This document shows positions 48,805 through 61,859 of a stretch of 64,000 nt of DNA, piece after piece (positions within the stretch are counted from its first letter, which is position 1; every line of letters begins with the position of its first letter). A program made the translations under genes and the position numbers. This stretch comes from Octopus sinensis (Eukaryota). The stretch covers positions 106,826,001 to 106,890,000 of the forward strand of contig NC_043002.1 in NCBI RefSeq assembly GCF_006345805.1, read 5' to 3'. The notes under the pieces were generated by a model. It made no database searches. It was not told the DNA's origin and worked only from the letters and a program-made list of their open reading frames with translations.

Positions 48805-49255
48805 TTTTATGATGTGGCATGCTGGCAGAAACGTTAGCACACTGGGTGAAATAGCGGTATTTCGTCTGTCTTTACGTTCTAAGTTCAAATTCTACCAAGG
48901 TTTACTTTGTCTTTCGTCTTTTCGGGGTCAATAAATTAAGTACCAGTTGCATACTGGGGTCAATCTAATCGACTTGCCCCTCCCCTAAAATTTCGGGGCT
49001 TGTGCCTAGAGTAGAAAAGATTATTTATAATTTTTAAGGCGGCAAGCTGGCAGAAATGTTAGCACACTGGGTGAAATGCTTAGCGGTATTTCGTCTGCTG
49101 CTACATTCTGAGTTCAAATTCCACCGAGGTCAAATTTGCCTTTCATCCTTTTGGGGTCAATAAATTAAGTACCAGTTGCATACTGGGGTCGATCTAATCG
49201 ACTGCTCCCCCCGCTCCAAAAATTTCGAGCCTTGTGCCTAGAGTAGAAAAGAATT
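48805..49255 (+). mobile_element. Two tandem SINE B copies (tail type 1)
   Basis: Both end GTGCCTAGAGTAGAAAAGA. Confidence 0.85.
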
Positions 49256-49845
49256 GATCTTTTATATTTTTAAAGCTTTTTCCTTTTATTCTGCCTGTAA
49301 ATCGTATGTCGCTAAATTTACAGACATTGAAGCTATTGTAAATATGAGGATTTTTATACTAGACTAACTGCATCAAAATCTCCAGTTTTTTAGAGGGTTG
49401 AGAGAATTACATGAAGAAATCACTGCAAAACTTTAAGAGTTTAATGTTAGAAAAAGATTTGGTTAAACGATATCTTATGATGTTATTTCTGTTTTATGTG
49501 ACCTACCCTCCTGTGTGGGGACCAGCATGTCAACGAATAGATCCGTTTCCTCTGCATGTCATAAAAAGGCAATGGAAAGAGATTGAGGTAACATTTGCTC
49601 TCCGACCTCATAGAACCCTCACCAGCAATGACTACCCAAACAGAGCTATGGGTTGGAGGGTCGTTGCTTGAGGAGTGCAAAAGCATCTACCACCAGGAAT
49701 GGTAGGAGATCACCAACATATGGTGGATGCAGAGTTGTGATTTTTCAGTGCATCCACCCCCCCTACTACTGCTACCTCCTTATGTCTACCTTCTCTTCTC
49801 TTGTTAACAAACTATTTTATTTTTAATTATATTTCCTTTCATTAG

Positions 49846-49933
49846 GAAGCACGTGATAAAGCATTGAAATGTTCAGCAAATACCAGTAATAACACAACGT
49901 CCCCAGCTACTTCAACACCACGGAGGTCGACAG
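49846..49933 (+). CDS. C19orf47: C19orf47 homologue exon 3
   Basis: CATTAG|GAAGCA...TCGACAG|GTAAAA; EARDKALKCSANTSNNTTSPATSTPRRST; phase 0 to 1. Confidence 0.82.
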
Positions 49934-50711
49934 GTAAAAAAACATTACACATCACAGATATTTCTTCTAATTTGTTTTCCCCTTTTAATTTCATTGCCAT
50001 ATTTATTAGCAGCCTAATAAATTACATTTTTATAGTTTTTTTCTACACAGTCGTGGCTGTGCGGTAAGAAGGTTGCTTCTCAGCCACATGGTTTTGGGTT
50101 CAGTCCCACTCCATTACACTGGACAAATGTCTTCTAATATAACCTATCGTACATATATACTGTTGTGGCCAAAAGTCTGGAACATTTTTTTAAAAATTAA
50201 GATTGTTATGCCCAAGCATAATTCATTTCAAATATATACAACATAGAGACATACTTACCTTTTAACTGATCTGATTGTTCAATATCTAGTAGAAAAAAGA
50301 GGCAAACTCAAAAATAGTCCAGAATACTTGTCCGGCACCAGATTGATCCCAAAATCTAATCAGTTCATGCCAGTCATGAGGCCAAATATCCCTGAAAGTT
50401 TCATCTGAATCCATCCAGTGGTTCTTGAGATATCTTGACCACAGACAAACAAACAAATACAACTGAAAACAATACCTCTGCCTTAGCAAAGGCGGAGGTA
50501 ACTCGTAAGAGATAGGAAACAACTATGAGACATTAATGAGGGTGTCAAAAGTACATCAGGTCACAAAAATTCCACAGTTGGCAAGATTCTTATAGCCATT
50601 TTAGTGGCATTTTTGTTGTAGTGTTTTCCAGACATGTTACATATTTATTTTGAGCAGAAATTTTTGAGTCTGCAACTTCTGGGGGTTTTTTTTTTTTTTT
50701 TTTCATTCCAG

Positions 50712-50816
50712 CTGCAAGTCGGATTGTGGATTATTATTTAGGAAAAGATCCAAACGCTGTCCCTATGAATCAGCAGCAGCCAGCTAAACTCTACGACGAT
50801 GTCTCTTCATCAGAAA
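50712..50816 (+). CDS. C19orf47: C19orf47 homologue exon 4
   Basis: TTCCAG|CTGCAAGT...GAAA|GTAATA; completes the conserved RRSTAASRI motif; phase 1 to 1. Confidence 0.85.
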
Positions 50817-50949
50817 GTAATACTTTTTCCATTTTGCACTTACCTTTGTCTCACCTGCTCTAATTAGATCTACAGTAACCCCTCGACTATCGTGGTTGTT
50901 ACATTCCAAAACCCAATAGGTGAAAAGCCGCAAAGTAGAAACAGTACTG

Positions 50950-51366
50950 TACTTTATTCTTTTATTCTTTTACGTGTTTCAGTCATTTGACTGCGACCAT
51001 GCTGGAGCACCGCCTTTAGTCGATCAAATCGACCCCAGGACTTATTCTTTGTAAGCCCAGTACTTATTCTATTGGACTCTTTTTGCCGAACCGCTAAGTG
51101 ACGGGGACGTAAACACAACAGCATCGGTTGTCAAGCAATGCTAGGGGGACAAACACAGACACACAAACACACACATACATACATATATATACATATACAT
51201 ATATACGACAGGCTTCTTTCAGTTTCCGTCTACCAAATCCACTCACAAGGCATTGGTCGGCCCGGGGCTATAGCAGATGACACTTGCCCAAGATGCCACG
51301 CAGTGGGACTGAACCCGGAACCATGTGGTTGGTTAGCAAGCTACTTACCACACAGCCACTCCTGCG

Positions 51367-51370
<4 letters not shown>
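50950..51370 (-). mobile_element. SINE A, young subfamily, inserted into a Tigger-like MITE remnant starting at 50873
   Basis: Full-length; upstream TA|CAGTAACCCCTCGACTATCG. Confidence 0.88.
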
Positions 51371-51401
<31 letters not shown>

Positions 51402-51409
<8 letters not shown>

Positions 51410-51792
51410 TTTATTTCGTAATGAGATAAAAAACCAAGGCTGTGTAGATTTTAGAACATTTATAGATAGAGGGTCCTACAGCTGTTTCCAGGATATTTAT
51501 TATATCCCTTCATCGGAGACGATGTGAGAAAATGGTTAAGAAATAGTTAATTTAGATAAGATATAAAATATAGAGTGAGGTGGAGGAAACTTTGCAGCTT
51601 TTCCCCTATTGCAGTGGGTTTTGGAATGTAACAACCATGAAAATAGATGTGAGATATGTAGGGATATTGCAATATCCGATGACAGGATATGATAAATATT
51701 CTGGAAACAGCTGTAAGACCTTCTATCTATAAATGTTCTAAAATCTACACAGCCTTGGTTTTTCCAACTCATTACAAAATAAAATTCTTATA
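51402..51792. mobile_element. MITE with ~110-bp TIRs
   Basis: 51406-51515 is the reverse complement of about 51677-51786 (AAAAACCAAGGCTGTGTAGATTTTAGAACATTTATAGATAGA); TA-rich flanks. Confidence 0.82.
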
Positions 51793-51984
51793 CACACACT
51801 GACATATAACCAACATTGAACCCCTTATTCGCAAAATCACCGAACCTGGAACTTAACTGCAGTCCATCTATTCAGCACTACCTGACACCTTTGGGTCTCA
51901 ATGACACCATTACCTCTCATAACCTGTATATATATGCAATGATGCATGTGTATGCATCTCTGTGCTGACAGTAGAAAAATGTTA

Positions 51985-52147
51985 CGTAGGAGTGGCTGTG
52001 TGGTAAGTAGCTTGCTAACCAACCACATGGTTCCGGGTTCAGTCCCACTGCGTGGCATCTTGGGCAAGTGTCTTCTGCTATAGCCCCGGGCCGACCAATG
52101 CCTTGTGAGTGGATTTGGTAGACGGAAACTAAAAGAAGCCTGTCGTA

Positions 52148-52186
<39 letters not shown>

Positions 52187-52407
52187 ATATGTTTGTGTGT
52201 CTGTGTTTGTCCCCCTAGCATTGCTTGACAACCGATGCTGGTGTGTTTACATCCCCGTCACTTAGCGGTTCGACAAAAAGAGACCGATAGAATAAGTACT
52301 GGGCTTACATAGAATAAGTCCCGGGGTCGATTTGCTCGACTAAAGGCGGTGCTCCAGCATGGCAGCCGCAGTCAAATGACTGAAACAAGTAAAAGAGTAA
52401 AGAGAGT
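51985..52407 (+). mobile_element. SINE A, young subfamily
   Basis: Full-length, inverted relative to 50950-51370. Confidence 0.9.
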
Positions 52408-52410
52408 ATA

Positions 52411-52607
52411 TAGTAATCCTTCAACTATCGCGGGTATTACCCCCCCCCCCCAACGATTGGTGAAAATCTGCGAAGTAGAAACAGTACTGTATATTTTTAA
52501 AAATTATTTTTATAATTCATAAATATTTTATTATAAATGCAAAACAACTCCACAGAGGAATTGACATAAACTTCAATAATAAACCACGATATGGCGAGAG
52601 GTTACTG
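52411..52607. mobile_element. Tigger/pogo-like MITE
   Basis: TA|TAGTAATCCTTCAACTATCGCGG...CCACGATATGGCGAGAGGTTACTG|TA. Confidence 0.65.
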
Positions 52608-53549
52608 TATTTCTGTTTATTTTTCAGCTTTTCTCTAGTTTTGACATTCATTTTAACCTTTGCTTGCTACTGTGGGATGGTTTATAGAATGGCTTAACTG
52701 CTTTACAACTGTCCACCTTCCCTGTTTGTGCGATGAGACAGTTCAACTGCTTTACAACTGTCTGCCCTCCTTACATGTTTTTATGATTATTTAACTGTTT
52801 CACAGTTGTCTGCATTTCCTATTAACACTGGTTGTCAAGTGGTGGTGGTGGTGATAGTAGACAAACACACATGTGTATATGATTGGCTTCTTTCAGCTTC
52901 CACATGCTAAATCCACTCACAAAGCTTTGGTTGGCCCAAGGTTATATTAGAAGACACTTGCCCAAGGTGCCATGCAGTGGGACTGAACCGAGGACAGTGT
53001 GGTTGGGAAGTAAACTTCATACAACATTGCCATGGCCACACTCACCACATAGACATATCATCATCATCATCATGCGTCCGCTTTCCATGCTAGCATGGGT
53101 TGGACGGTTCAACTGGGGTCTGTGAAGCCAGAAGGCTGCATCAGGCCCAGTCTGATCTGGCAGTGTTTCTACGGTTGGATGCCCTTCCTAATGCCAACCA
53201 CTCCGTGAGTGTAGTGGGTGCTTTTTACGTGCCACCCGCACAGGTGCCAGACGGAGCTGGCAAACGGCCACGAACGGATGGTGCTTTTACGTGCCACTGG
53301 CACGGGGGCCAGGCAAGGCTGACAACGGACACGAGCGGATGGTGCTTTTACATGCCACCGGCACAGGGGCCAGGCGAGGCTGGCAACGGACACGAGCGGA
53401 TGGTACTTTTACGGGGGCCAGGCGAGGCTGGCAACGGACACGAACGGATGCACATACACATATCACACATACACAAACACATGTGCACACACACTTTATA
53501 AAGAGAGTGTCCTCAGCCGACTAAGATTCTCCACTTTTCTCCTTTATAG

Positions 53550-53701
53550 AGTGGAAGAATTCACGGAAGTCGTCTGTATTTGAACGTCTTGGAGACAGTA
53601 GCAGCGGCATCAACAGTAGCAGCAACAACAGTCCTGGGTCTACGAAAATTACTCTTACTGGTTCTGGTAATGTCATTGTCCGAAGTACGAGTTCTTCAAA
53701 G
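53550..53701 (+). CDS. C19orf47: C19orf47 homologue exon 5
   Basis: TTATAG|AGTGG...TCAAAG|GTTTGT; KSSVFERLG; phase 1 to 0. Confidence 0.85.
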
Positions 53702-55124
53702 GTTTGTCAATATATTTCTTGTTTATATGTCTCTGTCACTTATCCTCCACCTTAGTCACATGTACCTGGTGGTCATTCATCCTAATTCCTCACATTAATA
53801 TGGTCAATATCTAAATCTTTCATTATGTTCATTTATGCTTTAAATTTTCATGTGGCATGGTGTAGAATGGTACACAGTTATTTAAAAGGACCAAAGATGT
53901 CTTGGCCATTTTAGCCATCACAGAGACTTTTGCCAGTTGCTTGGACAATTGCATGAAAAAGTAGGCAATGACCAAGACCTTTGGCATTATGTCATACTTG
54001 AGAAGAAGACCCATCAATCCAAGCAAAATCGTAGTTGGGGCAGATACTGGTGTCACGCAAATTGGCACCCTTGCCAGTAGTGCGGAAATGCATCTCGGTG
54101 GCACACAAATGGCACCCATGCTGGTGGCACATGAAAGCACCCATTACACTCTCGGAGTGGTTGGCATTTGGAAGGGCATCTAGCCCTAGGAAACTATGCC
54201 AAATCAGGCTGGAGTCTGGTGCAGCGTGCCAGCATGGACAACGGACGTTGAATGACGATAATGAAGTACTGATCACTTAAAGGGGATGGAAGTTGTGGAA
54301 GAAGGAGACCCAACTAGACTCTTCTGTCATCATCATTTAACGTCCATTTTTCCATGCTTGCATGGGTCAGATGGAATTTGTTTCAGCAGATTTCCTACAG
54401 CTCCTCTTGTCCACTCCCACTCGTTTCCAAAGAAGGTGATATTTTTCCATGGCATGATTTTCAGAGAAGACTGGAAGCAACCAACCTCATTTGTATGATA
54501 GTGATGCTCATTTTTAACCATCATATGATATCTAGACACACACACACACACACAGATGGTGGGCTCCTTTCAGTTTCCATCTACAGCTACACAGCTGGCA
54601 TCTAATTCCTCACAGATATAACGTCAGTATGGATTTCCTCATATCTACCCAATCAATATCTGTTTTTTTTTTACATTTGTATACATTCTATCACTCTCGT
54701 TCCTCACATATACATTGGCAGAAACATTAGCACGCCGGGCGAAATGCTTAGCGGTATTTCGTCTGTCTTTACGTTTTGAGTTCAAATTCCATTGAAGTCA
54801 ACTTTGCCTTTCATCCTTTCAGGGTTGATAAATTAAGTACCAGTTGCATGCTGGGGTCGATGTAATCAACTGGCTCCCTCCTCCAAAATGTTGGGCCTTG
54901 TGTCTAGAGTAAAAAAGAATATTTTTAAACATTCACGTCTACACACTAAATATTTAAATTCCACATATCTACACAGTATTTTATTAATTCTTTACTTACT
55001 GACAGCCAATCTCTGCAGTTCTGGTAAAAAAAAAAATGTGCATAAAAGGAATATTTCCCTTTTTTGTTATTTATATTTTAGTTTTCAACTCCTGGTTTTT
55101 TGTATCTCTCTCTTCTCTCCATAG

Positions 55125-55440
55125 GTATCATCGACGACAACACCTCCAGGTGGTTCCACACCTTCATCTGTCTTTGCTCGTCTTGGAGACAAACCCACCC
55201 TCAAACGCCCAGCAAGTTCAACATCCGGAGATGATAATGGCAGTGGCCCACCGCTGGAATATGCTGGAATTTTAAAAGCTTTATCTGGTCAACCAAAACA
55301 AAAGAAAGCCAAACAAACTAAATCTATTAACAAGACTGGTGCTGTGTATAAGAAAATTACGTCTCAATTAAAAAGTGCTGCTGCTGTGTCAACAACAAAT
55401 ACTTCGAATTCTAGTGTCTCTCTTTCACAGAAATGTAACA
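55125..55440 (+). CDS. C19orf47: C19orf47 homologue exon 6
   Basis: CCATAG|GTATCA...TGTAACA|GTGAGT; SSVFARLG and LEYAGILK; phase 0 to 1. Confidence 0.87.
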
Positions 55441-57234
55441 GTGAGTAGAGTTGATGGCCATTTTTGCACACCTAATGAATGAATGAATGAATGCACTTTA
55501 CATTGTTTTAGCTATTGAATGTCGTCACCCCACTGGCCCGGTGAGCAGGCCCACATTATCTCCCTGATTGGAGTGCCATCCTGTCACAGAGTTACCTATT
55601 TACAGTTGAGTAGAGTGGCGCAATATGAAATGAAGTCCTTTGTTCAAAAATGCAATGTGCCGTCTAGTCTGAGAATTGAAACCATGATCCCCTAATCACT
55701 TGGCTATGTGCTTCCACACATTACAATCCTCTAGTAAATTCCTCTAGACCTCAGGTATGGATTTCAGATCAATGTGGTTCTGTAATATGGTTAATATTGT
55801 TGGCAGTGAGAAGGGACCCCAGCCATAGAAACCATACCAAAACAGACATGGAGCCTGAACAGCCCTTCAGCTGGTCAGCTCATGTCAAACTGTCCAACCC
55901 ATACCAGCATGGAAAATGGACATTAAATGATGGTGAAACAGTCAGCAATATTTTTATTTTTTAAGGCAGTGAGCTTGCAGAATCGTTAGCATGCCGGGTG
56001 AAATACTTAGCAGTATTTTGTCTGTCTATATGTTCTGAGTTCAAATTCTGCTGAGGTCAGCTTTGCCTTTCATCCTTTCAGGGTCAATTAAATGAGCACC
56101 AGTTATGCACTGGGCTCGATGTAATCAACTTAATCCCTTTGTTTGTCCCCTCTGTGTTTAGCCCCTTGTGGGCAATAAAGAAAAAAATATTTTAATTTTT
56201 TTCTAAATTTTTTTTAAAAAAATCTTTCCAAGTGTAAGGTATTCAAATTATTATGTGTGATTTCCATTGTGCTATAAAGTGGAAAAGACAGTAACAGCCT
56301 TTCTTTAGTCATTGAACTGTGGCCATGATGGGGCACTGCCTAGAAGTTTAGTTGAAGAAATCGATCCCACTATTTTCAGTATCAATCTCTTTTTGCTGGA
56401 CTGCTTCATTATGGGAATGTAAACAAACCAACACCAGTTGTCAAATGCTGGTGAAACAAAAACAAACACACACACCAATGCATATGAAAATGCATATAGA
56501 CACACGTTTACATGTTTATATATGGAGATGAGCACCAACTCTTCCATGTGGCACACATGAACAATTGTGAAGATCTCTTTATATGAAACCATTGGTTGCC
56601 CTGTTAACCCACAGGTAAAGCATCATTGTCATCATCATCATCATCCTTTAATGTCTGTTTTCTATGCTGGCATGGGTTGGATGGTTTGACCAGAGCTAGC
56701 ATAAGTGGAAAGCTACACCAGGTCCCAGTCTGTTTTGGCAGGGTTTCTGCAGTTGGATGCCCTTCCTAGTACCAACCACTTTACAGGGTGTGCTTGTTGC
56801 TTTTAGCATAGCAGTAGATATACATACTTACAAGGTGAGCAAAAGGTGTACGTACACCGCTATATGTATATATAAATAAATTTAAAAAATGGAATAAGAA
56901 TGTAGTCTATCTGTCCGTATGTTTTTATTGTCGTCCGTTACGTTCTTATTCTGTTTCTTGGATTTATATATACAATATATATGCATATATACGCACATAT
57001 AAAATTCCACCCCCTCCAATATATACAACAGCAGGCTTCCACACAGTTTCCAAAACGAAATCCACTCATAAGGTGCTGGTTAACCTAGGGCTGTAGTAGA
57101 AGACACCAGCCTGAGGTGCTGCACATCTGGATTGAACAAGAAACATGGTTGCAAAGTGCACTTTTCATCTGCACATCTGTGCCTGCATCTATATTATAAG
57201 TTAACAATAAAATCTTAATTAGTTTTAAAATTAA

Positions 57235-60200
57235 TTGACGTACAGTGAAGAATTCCGGGTAGAGGTTGGGGTCCACCAAGGTTCAGTCCTCAGTCCCCTC
57301 CTATTTATCATAGTCCTCCAGGCAATAACGGAGGAATTCAAGACAGGATGCCCCTGGGAGCTCCTCTATGCTGATGACCTTGCTCTAATTGCTGAGTCAC
57401 TATCAGAACTGGAGGAGAAGTTTCAGGTGTGGAAACAAGGATTAGAATCAACCTAGCCAAAACCAAAGTCCTAATAAGTAGGAAGGTGGACCAATCACAA
57501 ACGACTTCAGGTAGATGGCCCTGCTCGATCTGTAAAAAAGGTGTAGGTAGAAACTCTATAAGGTGCACCAAGTGTAAGCTATGGACACATAAGAGGTGCA
57601 GCAATGTCAAAGGAAGGCTAACTAAGAAAATAGTTTTTGTCTGTGGCAGATGCTCAGGAGCAATAAACACTGGAAATGTGCAGAGACCAACTTCTACCAC
57701 GTTCCAGGGAGACAAACTAGAAGTAGTTGATAGCTTCCGCTACCTAGGAGACCAAGTCAGTAGCGGGGGTGGGTGTGCTGAAAGTGTAACTGCTAGAGTA
57801 AGAATAGCCTGGGCAAAGTTTAGAGAGCTCTTACCCCTGCTGGTGACAAAAGGCCTCTCGCTAAGAGTAAAATGATGCATGTGTACGTACAGCCATGCTA
57901 CATGGTAGTGAAACATGGGCCGTGACTGCTGAGGATATGCGTAAGCTTGCAAGAAATGAAGCCAGTATGCTCCGATGGATGTGTAATGTCAGTGTTCATA
58001 ATCGTCAGAGTGTAAGTACTTTGAGAGAAAAGTTGAACCTAAGAAGTGTCAGTTGTGGTGTGCAAGAGAGACGGCTGCGCTGGTATGGTCATGTGACGAG
58101 AATGGCTGAAGATAGTTGTGTGCAAAAGTGCTACACCCTAGCAGTTGAGGGAACCCGTGGAAGAGGTAGACCCAGGAAAACCTGGGACGAGGTGGTGAAG
58201 CACGACCTTCGAACTTTAGGTCTCACCAAGGAAATGACTGAAGACCGAGTCCTATGGAAGTGTGCTGTGCATGAGAGGACCCGGCAGGACTAGTCAGGCC
58301 ATATCCCGTGGCCCTACCTGGGACATAGTCGATCCACCTGTGCATACCTTCCTTCTTGTGACACTTGTGAAGACCTGCTGAGGCAAGTGAAAATCAATCA
58401 AAATAGATGAACATCAATGGAATTTGTATCCTTGTGGTACCAGTGCCTGTGGCACACAAGAAAACCATCCGAACGTGGCCGTAGCCAGTACCGCATCGAC
58501 TGGCCTCCGTGCTGTGGGAACATGGTGGCACATAAAAACACCATCCGAAGACCCGGCAAGACTAGTCAGGTCATAACCCGTGGCCCTACCTGGGACGTAG
58601 TCAGTCCACCTGTACATACCTTCCCTTGTGACACTTGTGAAGACCTGTTGAGGCAAGTGAAAATCAAAACAAATCAAAATAGATGAACATCAATGGAATT
58701 TGTATCTTGTGGTACCAGTGCCGGTGGCACACAAGAAATCCATCCGAACGTGGCCGTAGCCAGTACCGCATCAACTGGCCATCGTGCAGTGGGCACATAA
58801 CAAACACCATCCGATCGTGGCCGTTCGCCAGCCTCATCTAGCACCTGTGTCGGTGGCACATAAAAACACCATCCGAAGACCCGCAAGACTAGTCAGGCCA
58901 TAACCCATGGCCTCTACCTGGGACGTAGTCAGTCCACCTGTGCATACCTTCCTCCTTGTGATACTTGTGAAGGCCTGTTGAGGCAAGTGAAAATCAAAAT
59001 CAAAATCAAATCAAAACAAATCTAAATAGATGAACATCAATGGAATTTGTATCTTTGTGGTACCAGTGCCGGTGGCACACAAGAGAAAACCATCCGAAAG
59101 TGGCCGTAGCCAGTACCGCATCGACTGGCCTCCGTGCTGTGGGCGCATGACAAACACCATCCGATCGTGGCCGTTCGCCAGCCTCATCTAGCACCTGTGT
59201 CAGTGGCACATAAAAACACCATCCGAAGACCCGGCAAGACTAATCAGGCCATAACCCATGGCCCCTACCTGGGACGTAGTCAATCCACCTGTGCATACCT
59301 TCCTTCTTGTGACACTTGTGAAGACCTGTTGAGGCAAGTGAAAATCAAATCAAAACAAATCAAAATAGATGAACATCAATGGATCTGTATCTATTTGTGG
59401 TACCAGTGCCGGTGGCACACAAGAGAAACGTCCGAACGTGGCCGTAGCCAGTTCGCATCGACCGGCTCCGTGCTGTGGGCACGTAACAAACACATCCGAT
59501 CATGGCCGTTCGCCAGCCTCATCTGGCACCTGTGTCGGTGGCACTAAAACACCTTCCGAAGACCGGCAAGACTAGTCAGTCCACCTGTGCATACCTTCCT
59601 TCTTGTGACACTTGTGAAGACCTGTTGAGGCAAGTGAAAATCAAATCAAATCAAAATAGATGAACATCAATGGAATTGTATCTTTTGGTACCAGTGCCTG
59701 TGGCACACAAGAAATCCATCCGAACGTGGCCGTAGTCAGTACCGCATCGACTGGCCATCGTGCTGTGGCACATAACAAAACACCATCCGATCGTGGCCGT
59801 TCGCCAGCCTCATCTAGCACCTGTGTCGGTGGCACATAAAAACACCATCCGAAGACCCGGCAAGACTAGTCAGGCCATATCCCATGGCCCCTACCTGGGA
59901 CGTAGTCAGTCCACCTGTGCATACCTTCTTCCTTGTGATACTTGTGAAGGCCTGTTGAAGCAAGTGAAAATCAAAATGAAATCAAAACAAATCAAATCAA
60001 ATCAAATCAAAACAAATCAAAATAGATGAACATTAATGGAATTGTATCTTTGTGGTACCAGTGCCGGTGGCACACAAGAAAACCATCCGAACGTGGCCGT
60101 AGCCAGTACCGCACCGACTGGCCTCCGTGCTGTGGGCACGTAACAGACACCATCCGATCGTGGCCGTTCGCCAGCCTCATCTGGCACCTGTGTCGGTGGC

Positions 60201-60848
60201 ACATAAAAACACCATCCGAAGACCCGGCAAGACTAGTCAGGCCATAACCTGTGGCCCCTACCTGGGACGTAGTCAGTCCACCTGTGCATACCTTCCTTCT
60301 TGTGACACTTGTGAAGACCGAAGACCTGTTGAGGCAAGTGAAAATCAAAACAAATCAAAATAGATGAACATCAATGGAATTTGTATCTTTGTGGTACCAG
60401 TGCCGGTGGCACGTGGCACACAAGAAAACCATCCGAACGTGGCTGTAGCCAGTACCGCATCGACTGGCCTCCGTGCTGTGGGCACGTAACAAACACCATC
60501 CGATCGTGGCCGTTTGCCAGCCTCATCTGGCACCTGTGTCAGTGACACATAAAAAACACCATCTGTGTTGGTGGCACATAAAAAACACCATCTGTGTTGG
60601 TGGCACATAAAAAACACCATCCGAGCGTGGCCGTTTGCCAGCCTCGTCTGGCACCTGTGTCGGTGGCACATAAAATCACCCACTACACTCTCGGAGTGGT
60701 TGGCGTTAGGAAGGGCATCCAGCTGTAGAAACACTGCCAGATCTGACTGGACTGGTGCAGCTTTCGGGCTCCCCAGACCCCAGTTGAACCGTCCAACCCA
60801 TGCTAGCATGGAAAGCGGACGTTAAATGATGATGATGATGATGATGAT
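57235..60848 (+). mobile_element. 5'-truncated RTE LINE: RT with PHD insert, tandemly amplified 3' UTR, (GAT)n tail
   Basis: GVHQGSVLSPLLF, LLYADDLAL, INLAKTKVL, C4HC3 insert, LEVVDSFRYLG, MLHGSETW, RLRWYGHV, GRPRKTW; frameshifted; stop TAG at 58291-93; tail at about 60826-60848. Confidence 0.93.
58280..60560 (+). repeat. Seven tandem ~270-370 bp units of RTE ORF end plus 3' UTR
   Basis: Unit starts GACCCGGCAAGACTAG near 58278, 58550, 58878, 59228, 59561, 59854 and 60221; variable (AAATC)n inside units. Confidence 0.92.
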
Positions 60849-60849
60849 A

Positions 60850-61180
60850 CACAGTTGTGATACCTGTGCCGGTGGCATGTAAAAAGCACCATCCGAACGT
60901 GGCCGATGCCAGCACCGCCTTGACTGGCTCCTGTGCCGGTGGCACGTAAAAGCACCAACCGATCATGGCCGTTTGTCAGCCTCCTGTGGCACATAAAAAG
61001 CACCCACTACTCTTGTAGAGTGGTTGGCGTTAGGAAGGGCATCCAGCTGTAGAAACACTGCCAGATCAGACTGGAGCCTGGTGCAGCCTCCTGGCTTCCC
61101 GGACCCCGATCGAACCGTCCAACCCGTGCTAGCATGGAAAACGGACGTTAAACAATGATGATGATGGTGGTGATGATGAC
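60850..61180 (+). mobile_element. Second RTE 3'-UTR/(GAT)n fragment abutting the first tail
   Basis: Repeats the terminal ~200 bp and the tail. Confidence 0.85.
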
Positions 61181-61273
61181 ACAGGTTGTCTCCTCTTTAG
61201 AAGGAAATATAGTCACAAAAAAGTCAACCAAATCAATCATTTATTCATTTTGTTTTGTTTTGTTTTTCCCTAG

Positions 61274-61453
61274 CTTCTTCTAGTCTGGATACTCCAATAA
61301 CCACGGCTGGCATTCTATCACCTGATGCCAAACCTTTGGAATCTGTGAGTGTGAAACAAAGACTAGGCAAGATCACCACAGCGCCAGCAACAAGTACGAC
61401 ATCCAAAAAAAATCTTGAAAAATCAGAATCATCTGATGTTTTATCAAAAAAAG
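61274..61453 (+). CDS. C19orf47: C19orf47 homologue exon 7 (gene continues beyond the window)
   Basis: CCCTAG|CTTCT...AAAAAAG|GTAAAG; SVKQRLG; phase 1 to 1; no stop reached. Confidence 0.78.
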
Positions 61454-61859
61454 GTAAAGTTTATTGTTTAGTTTAAAAAATGTGGGGTTTTTTTTTCAGG
61501 GATCAGATGAGACTAAATAATGTCCTTTTCAAAATAATTTGAGGGTCATCTTCCTTTTACTTGTTTTGGTTGTTGGACTGTGGCCAAGCTGTAGTCAAAC
61601 AAATTGACCCCTGTATTTATTTTTATAAGTTTGGTACTTGTTTTTGCTGCTGTACACATGGGTGACTCCCACCCTACTGGTATAACCCTTGTACATGGCT
61701 TGTTTGGCTTTCGCCAGACATTCATCTTCTACCTCCCCCAGAGACTACCAGATCACAGTGAGAGTCTCTTTTCGAAGGCTTTCTCCAAATTGATCAATGT
61801 GAAATACAATGGTTTACATTTAGTTAAATATTTCTCCTGCACTTGCCATTTACTAGAAA

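Noticed and set aside
58280-60560. CRISPR-like or multi-gene array
   Set aside because: The units are wholly repeated RTE sequence with no unique spacers and no cas genes; the context is eukaryotic.
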